Of a DNA stretch of 60,170 nt, positions 14,368 to 28,335 are shown in pieces (the first letter of the stretch is position 1; each line of letters opens with the position of its first letter). Position numbers and translations under genes: made by a program. The notes under the pieces were generated by a model. That model was not told the origin of the DNA. It made no database searches and saw only the letters and a list, made by a program, of their open reading frames with translations. Origin of the DNA: Priapulus caudatus (lineage: Eukaryota); NCBI RefSeq assembly GCF_000485595.1, contig NW_014577077.1, forward strand, positions 330,697 through 390,866, read 5' to 3'.

Positions 14368-15831
14368 GACTGACTGCTAAGGCTTAAGCAGGCAGGCGGC
14401 GGGCGGGCAGACAGACAGATGGAGACAGAGATAAATAGAGTAGAGATCTATAGAAATATTCCCAAATGCTCATCGCGGTCGCTCGCCAAGCGCACAGATC
14501 ATGAATCCAAACTCATCATGGACACGACTGGGTGGCTCTAAGCTCATGTATTTACACAGAGGCAACCGATCTTTGATGATTGACCGACAGAACTATGGCT
14601 GGCGCAAAGTGGGCCCAAAATTTGCCTAGTCGTAGGTTGTGCGTATCCCGCGTAACGCATATGCTAATATCCGTCATATTGTTCGACATACTCGTTCTAT
14701 TAGTATTACTCAACATTTGCGCCAGTGTTTGAAATTGAGATTTTGACGACGGAGTAAAAAGACTTTTCATGCGCGAGAAATCGGAACACAGCTCTGAAAG
14801 ACGTCCTACAGACCATGACCCGATCGAGAGCTGAGCATACGCAAAAATAACTCTTAAATCCTCCCGATGATACATTTCTAAAAAAACAAAGTTAAGGCTC
14901 GAGTTTAATGACAGCGAGATACATGATAGCCGAACTATTCTTAACATGACTCGCAGCTCTGATGCCCGGGTAACTTAGTACTAATACTAGTACTAGTTGC
15001 TTACTGCAGCGACATAGCGTCGCAAGCTCTGTAAATGAGTACGCTGAGTATAGATGAAACACATAGTAACGACCGAATACGCAAACATAAATGTCAACGC
15101 ACTTGTGCTTAACGACCTACACCGGGCAAATGCAAAATTGACCGCACGAAAATGCTCACGAGCAACATTGGATAGTATGCGCGTGCGTGCATGCGGGGTG
15201 TGCGCGCGTGCGCTCGCGTGTGTGTGAGAGAGGGCGGAATGAATAGAACTGGCTCGACGCATGCGACCTGAAGCATGTCTTGATCACACAATTTGGCTAC
15301 ATGCCCGATTCATCCGAGATGCAATGCATCTCGGCTCTGCGCGTCAAACGACTGGGAAACCAGTCACCGAGCTTTTGAAGCGGGCGATTCTACTCGTTCA
15401 CTTCAAGGAACTGGAGATTTATTATCTGTTGTGTAATTGACGTCATCGCTTTCGGTCAGAAAAAAATAAAACATCAAGAAATATCGCGATGTTTAGATCA
15501 GCCACTCTGATGCTTTGATATGGTGGTGCAGCTGTAACGATGCCTCAGTGCATATTTCATATCACTGAACTCTGAACATAGGTAATGTGGTACTTACTAT
15601 GGTCACTCTCCCTTCCTGATGCAAATGACGTGGCCAAGACGACACTGTAAAGCGTTAGTATTAGTATTAGTATTATCAAGAGTTGGTATTATATTATTAT
15701 ATTATATTGTACTATTATTATATTATTTTTATATTATATTAATATTAGTAGTATTAGTAGTATAGTTATTGAAACAACATCTGGAGTACATGAACAATTA
15801 CCGTTCGTACTCCTGATAATATACTATAAAG

Positions 15832-16131
15832 CAGTGGTTCTTAACCTGGGTTCGACCAAACCCCAGGGGTTCGGTGAGCCAGTCACAGGGGTTCGGCGCA
15901 GGTCCTCCGAAACGCACTAAAATTTTGCTAGAATTTGCTAGAATTCTTATTTTTTGTTCATTCTTGTCACGCTTTCCAATTATAGTCTTGAATGTTGATG
16001 AAATATGTTTTATTTTTGGATTAATTAAAATTGATTAAAATTTATTCGTTTTTGTCAAATTTGAGGGGTTCGGCGAGTGAGCAGTGGGTTTCGTTAGGGT
16101 TCGTTGCCTCTAAAAAGGTTAAGAACCACTG
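15832..16131. mobile_element. 300-bp hAT (Charlie-like) MITE
   Basis: TIR CAGTGGTTCTTAACCT; perfect 8-bp TSD CTATAAAG (15824-15831, 16132-16139). Confidence 0.9.
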
Positions 16132-17062
16132 CTATAAAGGCTATAGTATGGCTATATAGTGTCTAATTTTACATTCATATCGTAGTAGTATGTTGGATTG
16201 GTTGCTGCATGGTACGGGTTACTATAGAATACTGCTCCAGTACAGTATGAGTGCTCTGTCGCTCGCGCGTCACTGCGCATTTATACTACACATTATACTG
16301 TATATAAGACGGCGATCGGCGATTCAGAAAGACTAATTAATAAAACGCTTGATCAGCGCATTTTGTGGAATCATTTGAGGATTTCTAGTACATGAATACG
16401 CAATTCGACTTTATTTACTATTAGTAATATTTTATTCGTTGTTGTTGCAGGTGCCTATGCCCGACCTGTAAGTATTTTATGCGATTTAACACGGCTCTAT
16501 GTGCTGAGTAACCGGGAAGGTTCTCGAACCTGACACACATTCCGAAAGAATTTCTGCCATTTACGTAGGAAATATCACAACGTGTGTTTGTGTGCTGTTG
16601 TAGTATATATACGTGTAGAGACGAGGAGACCAAGTTCCTATACACATCCAGCCTCGTACTAACAAAAGACTCATAGCGAGCTGTGATAAAGCACATTGTA
16701 AACGCAGAGAATAGGTTCAATATACTCTCAGCCCCGTACTCACACGTTTCCTGGCAAGGTGTATAATACACATGCCCAAGCTACGCACACAGTAAAGGCA
16801 CGGCCCTCTGTTGTGGTCCCACATATTTCTGCTGTATTACACCATCGCTAGGCAACAGGAATAGCACACCCGTCAATCTGATACTGGAACATTCCTAAAA
16901 CCGCATCACTTGCAATCATTATACTTTACACGGGGGTATGAATGGTATACGCTGTGTGTAATGGCAAGTGAATTAACATGGGTGTAAAGAACAGTTGTTA
17001 CAGAAACATTAGTCACGTTGGCCAAGTTAATCATGGACGTTTTATTAAACCTCCACATATAT

Positions 17063-17354
17063 AACTAGAGCACTCGGAGAGCGCAGACCTCTGCCAAGCC
17101 AGCTGAATTCTCTCACTGTAAAAAATTATATTAATTAATTGGATCCGGATCACCACCAAAATGTAATCAATTCCAAGTTAGCCCATTTCTGACCTATCCT
17201 GAAAATTTTATGACAATACGTCCATAGCTTTTTTAGTTAGGCTGTACACAAAGAACGGTGTTACATACCCACAAACGAACAAACACACGCCGCGAACAAA
17301 CACGAACAAACGCGGTGAAAACATAACCTCCTGCCATTCCCTTGGCGGAGGTAA
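17063..17354 (-). mobile_element. HINE/DINE-like element, copy 1
   Basis: subTIRs CCTCYGCCAAG / CTTGGCGGAGG, stem-loop GCACTCGGAGAGCGC, CTAGTT end; similar to 20514-20880. Confidence 0.7.
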
Positions 17355-19018
17355 TCAGGAACACACGAGAAAGTGTTCGACTTTTAATATATGAACTCCT
17401 TGTAGAATATATCATGAGCCTACAATACAGCGTGTACCCATCACGCATACTTTTCTGCAATGCCCCCCCCCCCAACTGGGGAGAAGCAAAATTAGAATGC
17501 CAGCAGGAGGTGTAACATAAGTTGGCAAATTCGAAGTGCTGTTAACTTCATCTTTTAGACGAGTTGTTACAAAAACAGATAAACAACCGAATTGAAACGG
17601 GCCCGTGTTTTTGCATGCTACCACGGTATTATTAGCTCTTAATGCTATCAAAAAACAAGTGACATAATAGCCAACTAGTTTGCTAATAAAAATCATGGAT
17701 AGCTAGATCCGAATAGCAACCTTTATGAACCACACATCAACTAGAACCAGGTTATCTACGTGTCACTATGGGTGTAGGAGAATTGGTCGCAGGAAAATTA
17801 GTCACAAATAGTAAACCTCGCTTCACTACCATAAAGAGCAAGAGGTAGGAAGCAAGGGAAGTAAAGGAGTAATGGAGATGGAGAAGAGTTGGTAAAATGA
17901 TGTGGAAGAAAGCGAGAGAAAGGAATGTGGAGAGGAAGGAGGAGCGGCAGAAGAGAGAGGAGGGAGAAGGTGGAGAAGCAGGCGAGGTTATGGAGAAGGG
18001 GATGTAAAGGAGGAAGGAGTAAGACGATGAGGGAGAAAGAAAGTAGAAGGTAAAGGGAGAGGGAAGGTGGATGACGGATGAGGAGGTAAAGGGTGGAGGA
18101 GGTAGAGACGGGACCACAAACTGCATAATTTCATCCTGCCTGGCACCTTAAATTTTAAACCATGTACCAAGGTAAAATTATAATTAAATTTATATTATAT
18201 TTAAATAAAATTATATATTCCTATGAGTATTTAGTTCTATAATTCTAAAGCCAATTCCCACAGATATACCACGTAAAACCACGGATTCTTTGCACACGTT
18301 TTTATATCGAGGTATTACCAGTTCATAGCACGTTGGTCTGTGATTGGTATAAATGTTATGTACGTCCTCACAACTGTGCACGCGCCCACACCGATTTTGG
18401 CGCTACCGATTTATCTAAAAGTGAGCTATGCACGTAAGCGTATACACTCCACACATATCAGTTTTATTAAACACAGTGATCAAACGTTCAGATATCCCAA
18501 ACTAAACAACCTCTAAGCACAAAAAACTGCTATTCTTATTCGCAGCTGCGCATTGTGCCTGTACAGTGCAACACTTGCACAGATACGCAGTAAATACTCC
18601 CCAGCCAGAGTAAACGGCCGAAATATCGCGTTCTTCATGTTGTTCTTCTGAATTGCTGTTCTAAACATCTCCTATATAACGTACAAAATTTAGAAAGGGC
18701 GATAAATATTTACACATAATGAGGATGTATATTAAATTATATAACCTATGAAACACCACCAGTTATATTATGATGCACTATAAAATGACCCCTGGGCCAC
18801 AACAGCACGGGTACAGCACACATCAATCTGTATGATACTCCCATGAAATAATTACCATTAATACCATTACTGGTACGTAATGGTGACTACGCCTTCAATT
18901 AAATAATAACATAAAAGCATTTGCAGAGACAAACTCGACTGCGTTTTGAGTAATTACAGTGGAGCAATTAACCTATCAGTACGACAATCTACAACTGCAC
19001 ATCATCCCATTGCTGACA

Positions 19019-19072
19019 CCATAGAATTAGTATAGATAACCTATAGGATGGTTATCTATACTATTTCTATGG
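19019..19072. mobile_element. 54-bp palindrome CCATAGAA...TTCTATGG, 6-bp TSD CTGACA
   Basis: 23-bp arms with 1 mismatch plus 8-bp filler; CTGACA on both flanks. Confidence 0.75.
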
Positions 19073-19871
19073 CTGACACACACACACAGCTCGCGGTTTT
19101 TGAGCGTCGCAACCGCAAATAACGCTATTATAGCGAAGTGATCGCACTACCCCGTGGTCGCCATCTACAAAGATGACAAACCAGATGATTAGTCACACAC
19201 TTCACCATTGTGACCGCTAACAAAGGCAGGGTCCGCGCAATAATCTGACTTAATAACCGCAGCACCTGGAAAGCAGCAGACTGCCAAACAAAGAACAGAG
19301 GCTCGCGCGCCTTGCCGCCCAATCTGCCCGCGCACGGAACAAGACCTGTTACCGCAACGACACGCGCCGTGATAAAACCATACATCACGCGTCACGATAT
19401 TGTTGTTTCCGAGGGCGCTCTTTGTTGAGTGGGAATGACAGGAGCATACTTAGGTAGGTTTCTGCGCGGCTGAGGGAAATCGATCCGCAGTTAGCTAGCA
19501 CGCACGTACTATATTCGCGATGCGATCGGGCCGCTGTTTTAGCACATCTACCAGTACCAACCACAGCGTGAATGGCTGGCTGGCTGCCGAGCTACCGACG
19601 CGGATAACACACGCCGCCGCTGACGCCGATGTGCACGGCACATGCTTGCTCGCAATCAATTATGAATGGACTCTCAGCCTCGGAAATATATACGTACATA
19701 CGCGCCCACGCACGCACGCACGATGCGCGTGCAGGGCGCGATATCATTCATGCGTTCATGCATACAAACGCACTGCCACTTAAGTGTCTTTAGTCTTGTC
19801 ATTTTGAAGTCCGCGTTTACAAAATAAATAGTGACACTTACGCACGCACACACACACACGCATGCACACAT

Positions 19872-19902
<31 letters not shown>

Positions 19903-20513
19903 CACACACACATGCACCCATATATTTTATACGCTTTTACCACATCACCGCCTGTACATGCTAGTTAGCTCAATACTCTTCCGTAATTACTTAGCCATGT
20001 ATTCCACACTCTTGTGTCTATTTCTTCGCCCATAAAACACGAATTTGACAGCGTACAGTCAATCTTTTTAATTTCAATCTCAAAAATTTCCTCTTGCACG
20101 CGAACTGGGCTAGAGAAAATATTATCAGTTCCGATGTCATAATGGAAAGGGAGGCTGCATGTGCTCTCTGCATGTGCTGGGGTAGGGGGTAGAGATCATG
20201 CACAAACTAAGTGCCAGACAATTACCAGCTATTTGTATGCAGTAATGAATCTGAACAACGAACAGCTCCAGCTCTCGGATCCTCTCATCCTCTTAATTTA
20301 CGCAAGAAAGCGCGTAGAAAACGAACGCAGCGATGCAGGAAATGGCTTGGTGCCCTGAAAATTCGAACGTTATTGTGTTATACATCAAAGAGTCCTATAA
20401 GAGGACGGACAACATGGCCTCATATACACGGTCTCGAGGATTCCCACGCCAACCCGCCCGTCTGCCCGCTTCAATACCGTCGTTTTGCCCCATTTGCATA
20501 TAAAAACATAACT

Positions 20514-20880
20514 AACTAGAGCATTCGGAGAGCACAGACCTCCGCCAAGGCAGCTCAATTCTCTCACTGTGAAAATTTGTATTAATTAATTAATTAAATA
20601 ATTAATTGGATCCGGATCGCCACCAAAATGTAATCAATTCTAAGTTACCCCATTTCTGACCTATCCTGAAAATTTAATTAATTAATTAATTAATTGGATC
20701 CGGATCACCACCAAAATCTCATCAATTCTAAGTTAGGCGATTTCTGAACTATCCTGAAAATTTTATGACAATCCGTCCATAACTTTTTCAGTTAGGCTGT
20801 ACACAAACCCACACACGCACAAACCAACAAACACACGCCGGTGAAAACATAACCTCCTGCCAACCCCTTGGCGGAGGTAA
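20514..20880 (-). mobile_element. HINE/DINE-like element, copy 2 (two core repeats)
   Basis: Same termini as 17063-17354, with the ~90-bp core unit duplicated. Confidence 0.7.
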
Positions 20881-21789
20881 ATATATATTATTGGTTTATG
20901 ATATGACGTCAAAATATTATAACCTGCTTGCCAACATTCTTATGCACTCACTCACGAACGCACGCACGCACTCACGAACGCACACATAGCTTACTAATAC
21001 TATGTGTATTACTCACGAACGCACACATAACACACGGATTACTGCATGAAGGCCGCGTTAAAATGTGAAGGCTGAAACACATATTGGCACAGACAATTAA
21101 ATTTTGAACAGAAAGCTGCTGAATTTCAAAATACACGGTAGCCACGGGATTAGCCATTATTCACATGATCAGATATCAATTTCCATATCTGTGACGACAG
21201 TCTACAGATATCAGTGTTTTCAGCAACAAACAGTTACCGCAATAACAATTATTGCTGACAATGTTGATTAATAACTACCTGGGCGTGGGAAGGGAAGGGC
21301 CGTAGGCAAGTCAAAACCTAATCATTATTGGTCCTTAAAGGTTTGTCCAAGTTTCGACACTGGCTGCCGATGCGCATCAGACTCTTGTGCAAGCGGTTTC
21401 CTCACACATAAGCAATACACAAGGCGAATTAAACGTCTTGTGATCAATCTTTATGTCTCTCTATCTCTATCTCTCTCTCTCTCCCTCCCTCCCTCCCTCT
21501 CTCCCTCTCTCCCTCTCTCCCTCTCTCCCTCCCTCCCTCTCTCCCTNNNNNNNNNNAGTAAGTATAGTTGTAATTACACTTGTAATACAGTTGTATGTAC
21601 AGTTGTATATATATATATATAAGCACTATCTGCTTTTAAATGCACATCGTATGAAAATCGGCGATTAATAAACGAATACAAAGTAGTGCTTTGATTGTTT
21701 CACCAATCATTGTTTATCCGGTAACATTTTATTTCCTACACTGTATACATATATATATCTATATATATATCTATATATATCTATATTTA

Positions 21790-21831
<42 letters not shown>

Positions 21832-23124
21832 TTGGGGGCGGAACTGTTTTTGTTGCGTTTAACTTTTAAACATAGCTCAGCAAACCTAGATAATAACGAA
21901 CTAATCGCATTTCACCGACAAGTTTTACATGTACATATCACTTTTGTTACTTCAAGTAAACAACTCAAACCTTAGTCCCAACCCCCTACTGGTACTCAAT
22001 AGCTGGTCAATCCATGTCCGTTTTGGTAAAACATGGGACTAGCTGTGTAAACGTTGGTCGCAGTTGTTATACAGCCTCAATGCTGAGATGCAGCCCAATG
22101 TGGACACTCCAAAGCTCTGTTATTGTAAGTCACAAGTGCTTACCGAAGCCAGTAACAGACTGTACTGGCAATCGAAGATGTATTTCTCTCTGTGTGTACA
22201 GCCTGTGCTTTGTCATCAACCTTGACAAAGCAAGCATCTTGTAGAATTAAAAACCATGTTATTTTACCAGATGCCTGAGCTTTCACTTATTTTAAATACA
22301 ATATAAAGATATTTACACATGTATTTCACTAACTGTTGTCCATCACGTGTACATAATTATGTACAAACCATTAATGTGTGATTTGTAATTGCAGATCTGA
22401 ATTATATGCTAAAAAGTTGCCATGTAAATTTCTACGATGTTTCTTAAAAATTAGAATGCTATAATTATGAAAAGATCTGGTGGACAGGAAATATACAGCA
22501 AACATTCTCCACGACCTGATCAACGCTTTGAACATGGTGTCACGAACACACCGTGCTTTATAGAGTTGTGGCTAATCGATCCATGAGTACACGCATTGTG
22601 CCAATTTGCGTCCTTTTCATATCAGTTGGTTGTTTGTGGAAAGTCACGAAGCATCGCGGGCAGAGTAATACTGGATATAATTTGTAAATCAGAGCGATTT
22701 AGCAGCTATTATGAATCTCTCATGACTGATTTGAGATATTTTCAAGGAAGGTATGTTAGTGCTATACATTACAAATATTACAACTGTAATATATATGTAT
22801 GTATGATAGTATATATATATGTATATATATATATATANNNNNNNNNNNTATATATATATATATATATATATAGTATACTGTATACTGTACAACGAGGCTA
22901 GTAGTATTGAACTGTTTAAAAAATCAATTAAACTCCCACACAAACGTACAATCACGCAATTATGCCAAATCATGACCAAGAATAAGGTCTTCGAACGAGT
23001 TTCAAACGACTCCGATTACATATCTAGAGTCCACGAGCGTACTATGGATTTCTGTTAAACTCGCCTTCTAGTTTCCTCGCGTGAGTGCAACACAGAAGCA
23101 GCAGCACTGATGAGCTCTATAGTA

Positions 23125-23167
23125 TCAGGAGCGTATAATGACAAATTTTGTCATTATACGCTCCTGA
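23125..23167. mobile_element. 43-bp palindrome, 5-bp TSD TAGTA
   Basis: TCAGGAGCGTATAATGACAAA-T-TTTGTCATTATACGCTCCTGA flanked by TAGTA/TAGTA. Confidence 0.85.
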
Positions 23168-23481
23168 TAGTATGTATGTACAATTACGCGCCGGGAGTAG
23201 ACGGGATACAAAATGCATAAATCTGTGTTGTTTGCCTCCATATTATCAGAAGTAGATAATAGGGAATAAATCATAATATATCATCAAAATCAAAAAATAT
23301 ATAATAAAAATATTATCCTTATATCCCTGTCATAATGATCGACATTGATACTGACGAATTAAAATAATGGGACGTGCGGAGAGAAAGGGTACGAGATGCA
23401 GAAATCTGCATGGCTCAGCTCTAAACATAATATCACGTTATAACTGATATGTCTGATATCATACAATAATATATATATATA

Positions 23482-23521
23482 TCAAGAGTGCATAATAGAG
23501 ATCTCTATTATGCACTCTTGA
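23482..23521. mobile_element. 40-bp perfect palindrome inside a (TA)n tract
   Basis: TCAAGAGTGCATAATAGAGA|TCTCTATTATGCACTCTTGA; TSD length ambiguous within the TA repeat. Confidence 0.75.
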
Positions 23522-24186
23522 TATATATATGTCTAGTTTGTTATTTTGGAAAATTGTTGATAGAGTTCGGTAAATCAATGTTAGACGTCGTAAGTCGCCG
23601 GATATTAAAACTGTGACCAATTCAATGATCATGGCATCTACCTATGTATACGTGACACTAAGCAATTAACAGAAAATTTCTGATAGATTATGCGTTTCGC
23701 GTTGCAACATATTTTATTTACGTGCAGAACACACATGCTCATGTGCATGCACGCACGAACGCTCGTACAGTATACGCACAAGCGTACCCCATAGCATATG
23801 ATTCAAAACCAGAGCCAACACCACAAACTGAAAGATGACACGTTAAGTGACGCGGTGTAGCTAGAATATCACACTGTCAGTTTAAGTGCACGTTTGTGCA
23901 CCATGTTTTGAACAGCTTCTATTGAGTACCATGCGTATAGAGAAGATGCCTCGTTACATGATTTCGTAATATCTGCATATAACATTACAAAGAGCTGTGA
24001 GAATTGTGATATTACTGCACAATTACCCGCTGTCTCCACATTTTCAAAATAATTCACGCGAAAATAAGGCGTAATATTTTACAATAAAATACATGTAGTT
24101 CGTAAACTCTGTTGAAGGCGGCGGGCTAATGTAAACAGACACGCACTCGCGAGAAAAACACAAACGTTCACGTAGGCCATATACCA

Positions 24187-24223
24187 GAAAGAGCTAATAA
24201 TAAAAGGTATTATTAGCTCTTGA
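24187..24223. mobile_element. 37-bp palindrome, 5-bp TSD TACCA
   Basis: (GA)AAGAGCTAATAATA...TATTATTAGCTCTTGA flanked by TACCA/TACCA. Confidence 0.75.
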
Positions 24224-24669
24224 TACCAGCTATAGGGGGGCCTACCAGCAATATTGACATAACTGCTGCTATTATCTATAACAAAGCTTTTTTGGAATGC
24301 GCTGGACTGGTTCCATGTCGGGACCGCTTGCTTATACCTCTGGGACAACTAGGATTGGATCCAACAAGTGCATGAACGCGATCACAATGAGATTCACAAC
24401 CAAAACTAAGGACTCAACATGTGTCGATAAAAGCTACAATGCTCGTGAATCCAATACACTTAGAAGAAAACAAGACACGGGATCAGAGACTCAAGCAAAT
24501 CAATTATGACGGCATGGTGATGACGGTAACATGCGACAATCCTCGCTAATGCACAAAGAGGAAAAATCAGACGGCCTCCGACTGAGACGATCGAATTTCA
24601 CGAAGATAGGTGGTAGACCGACATAAAAGCAGTATGCTAGCTGACTTACTGGATCATAAAAACATTTTA

Positions 24670-24732
24670 CCTAGAGCTAATAATACATGTATACATGTGC
24701 ATGTAATACACATATTAAATATTAGCTCTTGA
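24670..24732. mobile_element. 63-bp TIR pair with AT-rich filler, 5-bp TSD TTTTA
   Basis: CCTAGAGCTAATA...TATTAGCTCTTGA flanked by TTTTA/TTTTA. Confidence 0.75.
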
Positions 24733-25710
24733 TTTTATCGTATACATGTGCTAAGTAGAAACACCAGCATGCTGAAAGTGTGTGAAACCTAATAGCCCTA
24801 ACAGCTTAAGACTTTGAGCAACAACCTTTCTACACATTGTCGTTGTATTGTAACTTTTGATCCTTTTGCATCATAAAGAATCAAGTCAATACACACTATT
24901 ACACAGAATCACTATTTTACCAATTGTATCGTCTGATGTTGGTCAACCTTCTTAAATTTGTTTCATCTACCAAACCTACAATGATGAGCTCACATAAGAA
25001 GGCTGCTACAACCGAGGCACTAGAATCCATGATCCTAGAATATATATATATATCCATGCTTGTTTGAATCATGCAATTACTGAAATATTATCTCGCACGC
25101 ACATGGGAAATAACGTCCATATTCCTCGTTTTCCATAACCATGGCTCCACTCCATTAGGAGTGTTCCCAACTTTGATATCAAATTGATTAAAAACCTAAT
25201 GGAGTATCACCCCATAACCCTACCAACCTGTTGAAATCATGTCGAAAAGAACAATGATATATAGGTTGAATATTATGTGCAAAAAATAGAAAAGACGTGA
25301 CACTGCCCATGCCTACGAACCCTTTTCTGAGAAGCTGGGTCACACAATATTCTTTGGTCTCATTCTACTCAGCTAGATTTATTATCATCTTGGCTCCGCC
25401 AGAATGACCAATCGTCTTGGTACTATAAAACGATATAATTCTATATAAATTATTTATGAATGTAGCATGAATATAATTCCTTGTGACCGAATTACACTAG
25501 TAAATTGGACACGCAAGTATTGGTGGATGCCTGGCTAAATAGAGAGATCAATAAAACCTGTCAATGTGTAAGTGTTCTAGTTGGTATACGTTACTGCAAA
25601 TTAAGTAAGCGCGCATCTGCCGATGTAATTTTGCCAGGACGAAATACGTACAAAACAAAAAATTACAATGATAAAAATCAGACATTTATAGTAGCTCTAC
25701 CCGTTTGCTC

Positions 25711-25799
25711 TAGCTCTAGTACTATAGCCGCTTACATTAACTGCCGCTGGCACCGCCGCCAGCGGCAGTTAATGTAAGCGGGCTATAGTACTAGAGCTA
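25711..25799. mobile_element. 89-bp hairpin MITE with TAG...CTA ends and 9-bp TSD (AcademH-like)
   Basis: ~40-bp arms starting TAGCTCTAGTACTATAGCC; CGTTTGCTC duplicated at 25702-25710 and 25800-25808. Confidence 0.75.
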
Positions 25800-26665
25800 C
25801 GTTTGCTCCTGCTACAAGGAGGGGGGGGTGGGGGGCTGTATTCCCTGCAGCAGAAGCAAAGGGCTACACAAGCAGGGCTACATTCATTTGCACTGTTCCT
25901 GTCATGAAACAATTAGAATCACATTATTGCGTGAACATTTAACTCTAGCATTCGTCAACATTGCATAATCAATGGGCTTATTATGCCTTTAATGTACTTT
26001 TCGATGATGATATCACACGCTCACGGTCAAACGCGACAAGCGCAGAATGCCACCTATCATACTATATTTATACTATATTATACTAGCATCATCATTCTGC
26101 AACGTAAACACCACTGTGTAGGCCTACAGTGAGTGCATTGCCGTAAACTCTATGCATTATCAATACTGCATGCCTGCTCATTGGTAGTATCCGCGCAGGC
26201 CTACTATAGCCCGCGTACAGTACTAGAGCTATGGTAACCGGAGAGTGCATGAGGACGAGATTACGACGAGTACTAGTAGTAGAAGCACTAGTAGTAGTAA
26301 AGCACAACAATGACAAATGTCACAATTTTATACTTGCCAGAAATTGGGTAGACTTTTCCTCAAATCTCTGTCTACTAATTACTCCTTTGACTCGGAACAC
26401 GTGTAATAATAGCTAGTCATATAAAGCAAGGTATCCAACGGTTATGCACACTCATACAACTCGACACAAAGCCGGTTTAAGCAAATTGTTCGCACACGAC
26501 GGTTGGCCAAACGTAACTTACAATGTTAGCACCACTGCCACTGGTAGCACGCGGGGAGAACAACAACAAATGAAGCGATTGGCCGGATGCGATACAACTT
26601 TGTTATGGCGCATGTGCCACCATCTGGTGTTCATATTTGGCATAATTCCAGCTATAATAATATCA

Positions 26666-26755
26666 CCAGGAGTAAGATAATATCAGGATCCTATATTATC
26701 TTAATATAATATATACTATATTATAGTATAGTATCCTATATTATCTTACTCTTGA
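26666..26755. mobile_element. 90-bp TIR pair with templated filler, 5-bp TSD TATCA
   Basis: CCAGGAGTAAGATAATAT...ATATTATCTTACTCTTGA flanked by TATCA/TATCA. Confidence 0.75.
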
Positions 26756-26784
26756 TATCACTATATCCCTATAAATATATATAT

Positions 26785-27400
26785 ATCATCATTCCAGAGA
26801 GGAGAGGCCGATTTCTGACGCGGTAATCTTCGCCGCGGTGAGCATCAAGCCCACGCCACCGATCTCAGTGTATAGCCCGTGTGTCGGACACCAACATAGG
26901 CTTATCCATATTTGTTAAATCCACCCATATTTATAGATATAATGACGATAAATAGGCCTTAATACGAGCGATAATTTTAGCAGTGGGTGATGTCAAAAAA
27001 GTAGAACAGCCGAATTCCCGCGAATATAGCCACCAAGCGGACAGAAGCCAAAACTTTGTTAATACCATCATCATTCCAGTTATAAGAGAGGAGAGGCCAA
27101 TTTCTGACGCGGTAATCTTCGCCGCGGTGAGCATCAAGCCCACGCCACCGATCCCAGTGTATAGCCCGTGTGTCGGACAGTCGGACACCAACATAGGCTT
27201 ATCCATATTTGTTAAATCCACCCATATTTATAGATATAATGACGATAAATAGGCAATAATTAGGGAATAATAGGGGATATTAGGCGATAATGATTAATTA
27301 TTTAGGCGATAATGGCGATAATTTTAGCAGTGGGGTGATGTCAAAAAAGTAGAATAGCCATCAAGCGGACAGAAGCCAAAACTCGTTTTGTTAATACCAG
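26785..27400. repeat. Tandem duplication of a ~290-bp unit (probably transposon-internal)
   Basis: 26785-27065 is repeated at 27066-27400 with small indels. Confidence 0.85.
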
Positions 27401-27996
27401 GTTAAATTATGCCAAATTTATACATTTTCTTTTATTATGCACTCAGTTGTCAGTTGAGTCCCAAAAGCAGCACAACACACACTTTTAGTGGTTCATTTTC
27501 GTTCATTTGTATTTTTTAAATTGTAATTTGTCTGTGTATACATTCGGATATAATGTATAACATGGTATAAAGAATTAAGTTTGTTAAAATCGGGTGCTAT
27601 TCATCTTTTTGATAATGTGATCTATGGTGACTTTACTGGTGCAGAACTCTGCCAAAGTGACCAACTAATTTGCTTAAAATGAGGTGATATCCATACGTTT
27701 GGAGAAAAATTTACTTTCTAAAATCTGCTCATTATTTTACGATGAAAGTGACCCTGAACTGATACCGTGCTATATTGGCGGGTTTAGTTTATTGACCTAT
27801 GTATTTAGTTTAGTTTAGTTATTGTGTATTTAAAAGGCGAGTCGAGGCTTGCAAAACCAGAGAGGCATATTCATAATAAATTGGCGCAATTTCATAACAA
27901 TGTTGTTCATCCAGAAGCTTTGACTACACAGAATCATAGCATCGTTCGAACAGTTTTTGTCAGAATATTGCTTATTGTTTGTTTCTCTGCTACGAA

Positions 27997-28335
27997 TCTA
28001 TCCTTAGAATTAAGTAAAAAAGTTATAAAAAGGTAAACCGAGCCACCCGCTACCCTAGAGTGTCGGCTGAGAATTAGCCTTGCGTGTATACCATGCTGGT
28101 GGGAAGGTGATTACTGACTTCTCTCCATCCCGGAATCTCTACCCCGTAGATTGAGTTCGTGTAGCTGGATAGTGTTTCGATTGTGAATCCAGTGGTACGC
28201 TTCTCTTTCCTTTCTGATGGGTGAAGGGGGAGGGGTGAAAATATTTTAGAATTAAGTAAGTATATATGTGGCTGATTTGCTCTTAAAAGTTGTTCCTAAG
28301 TGTTTTTCCCCGAGCAACGCCGGGTACCAGGCTAG
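27997..28335 (+). mobile_element. Non-autonomous Helitron
   Basis: A|TC 5' end; 3' hairpin CCCGAGCAACGCCGGG then CTAG|T. Confidence 0.65.
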
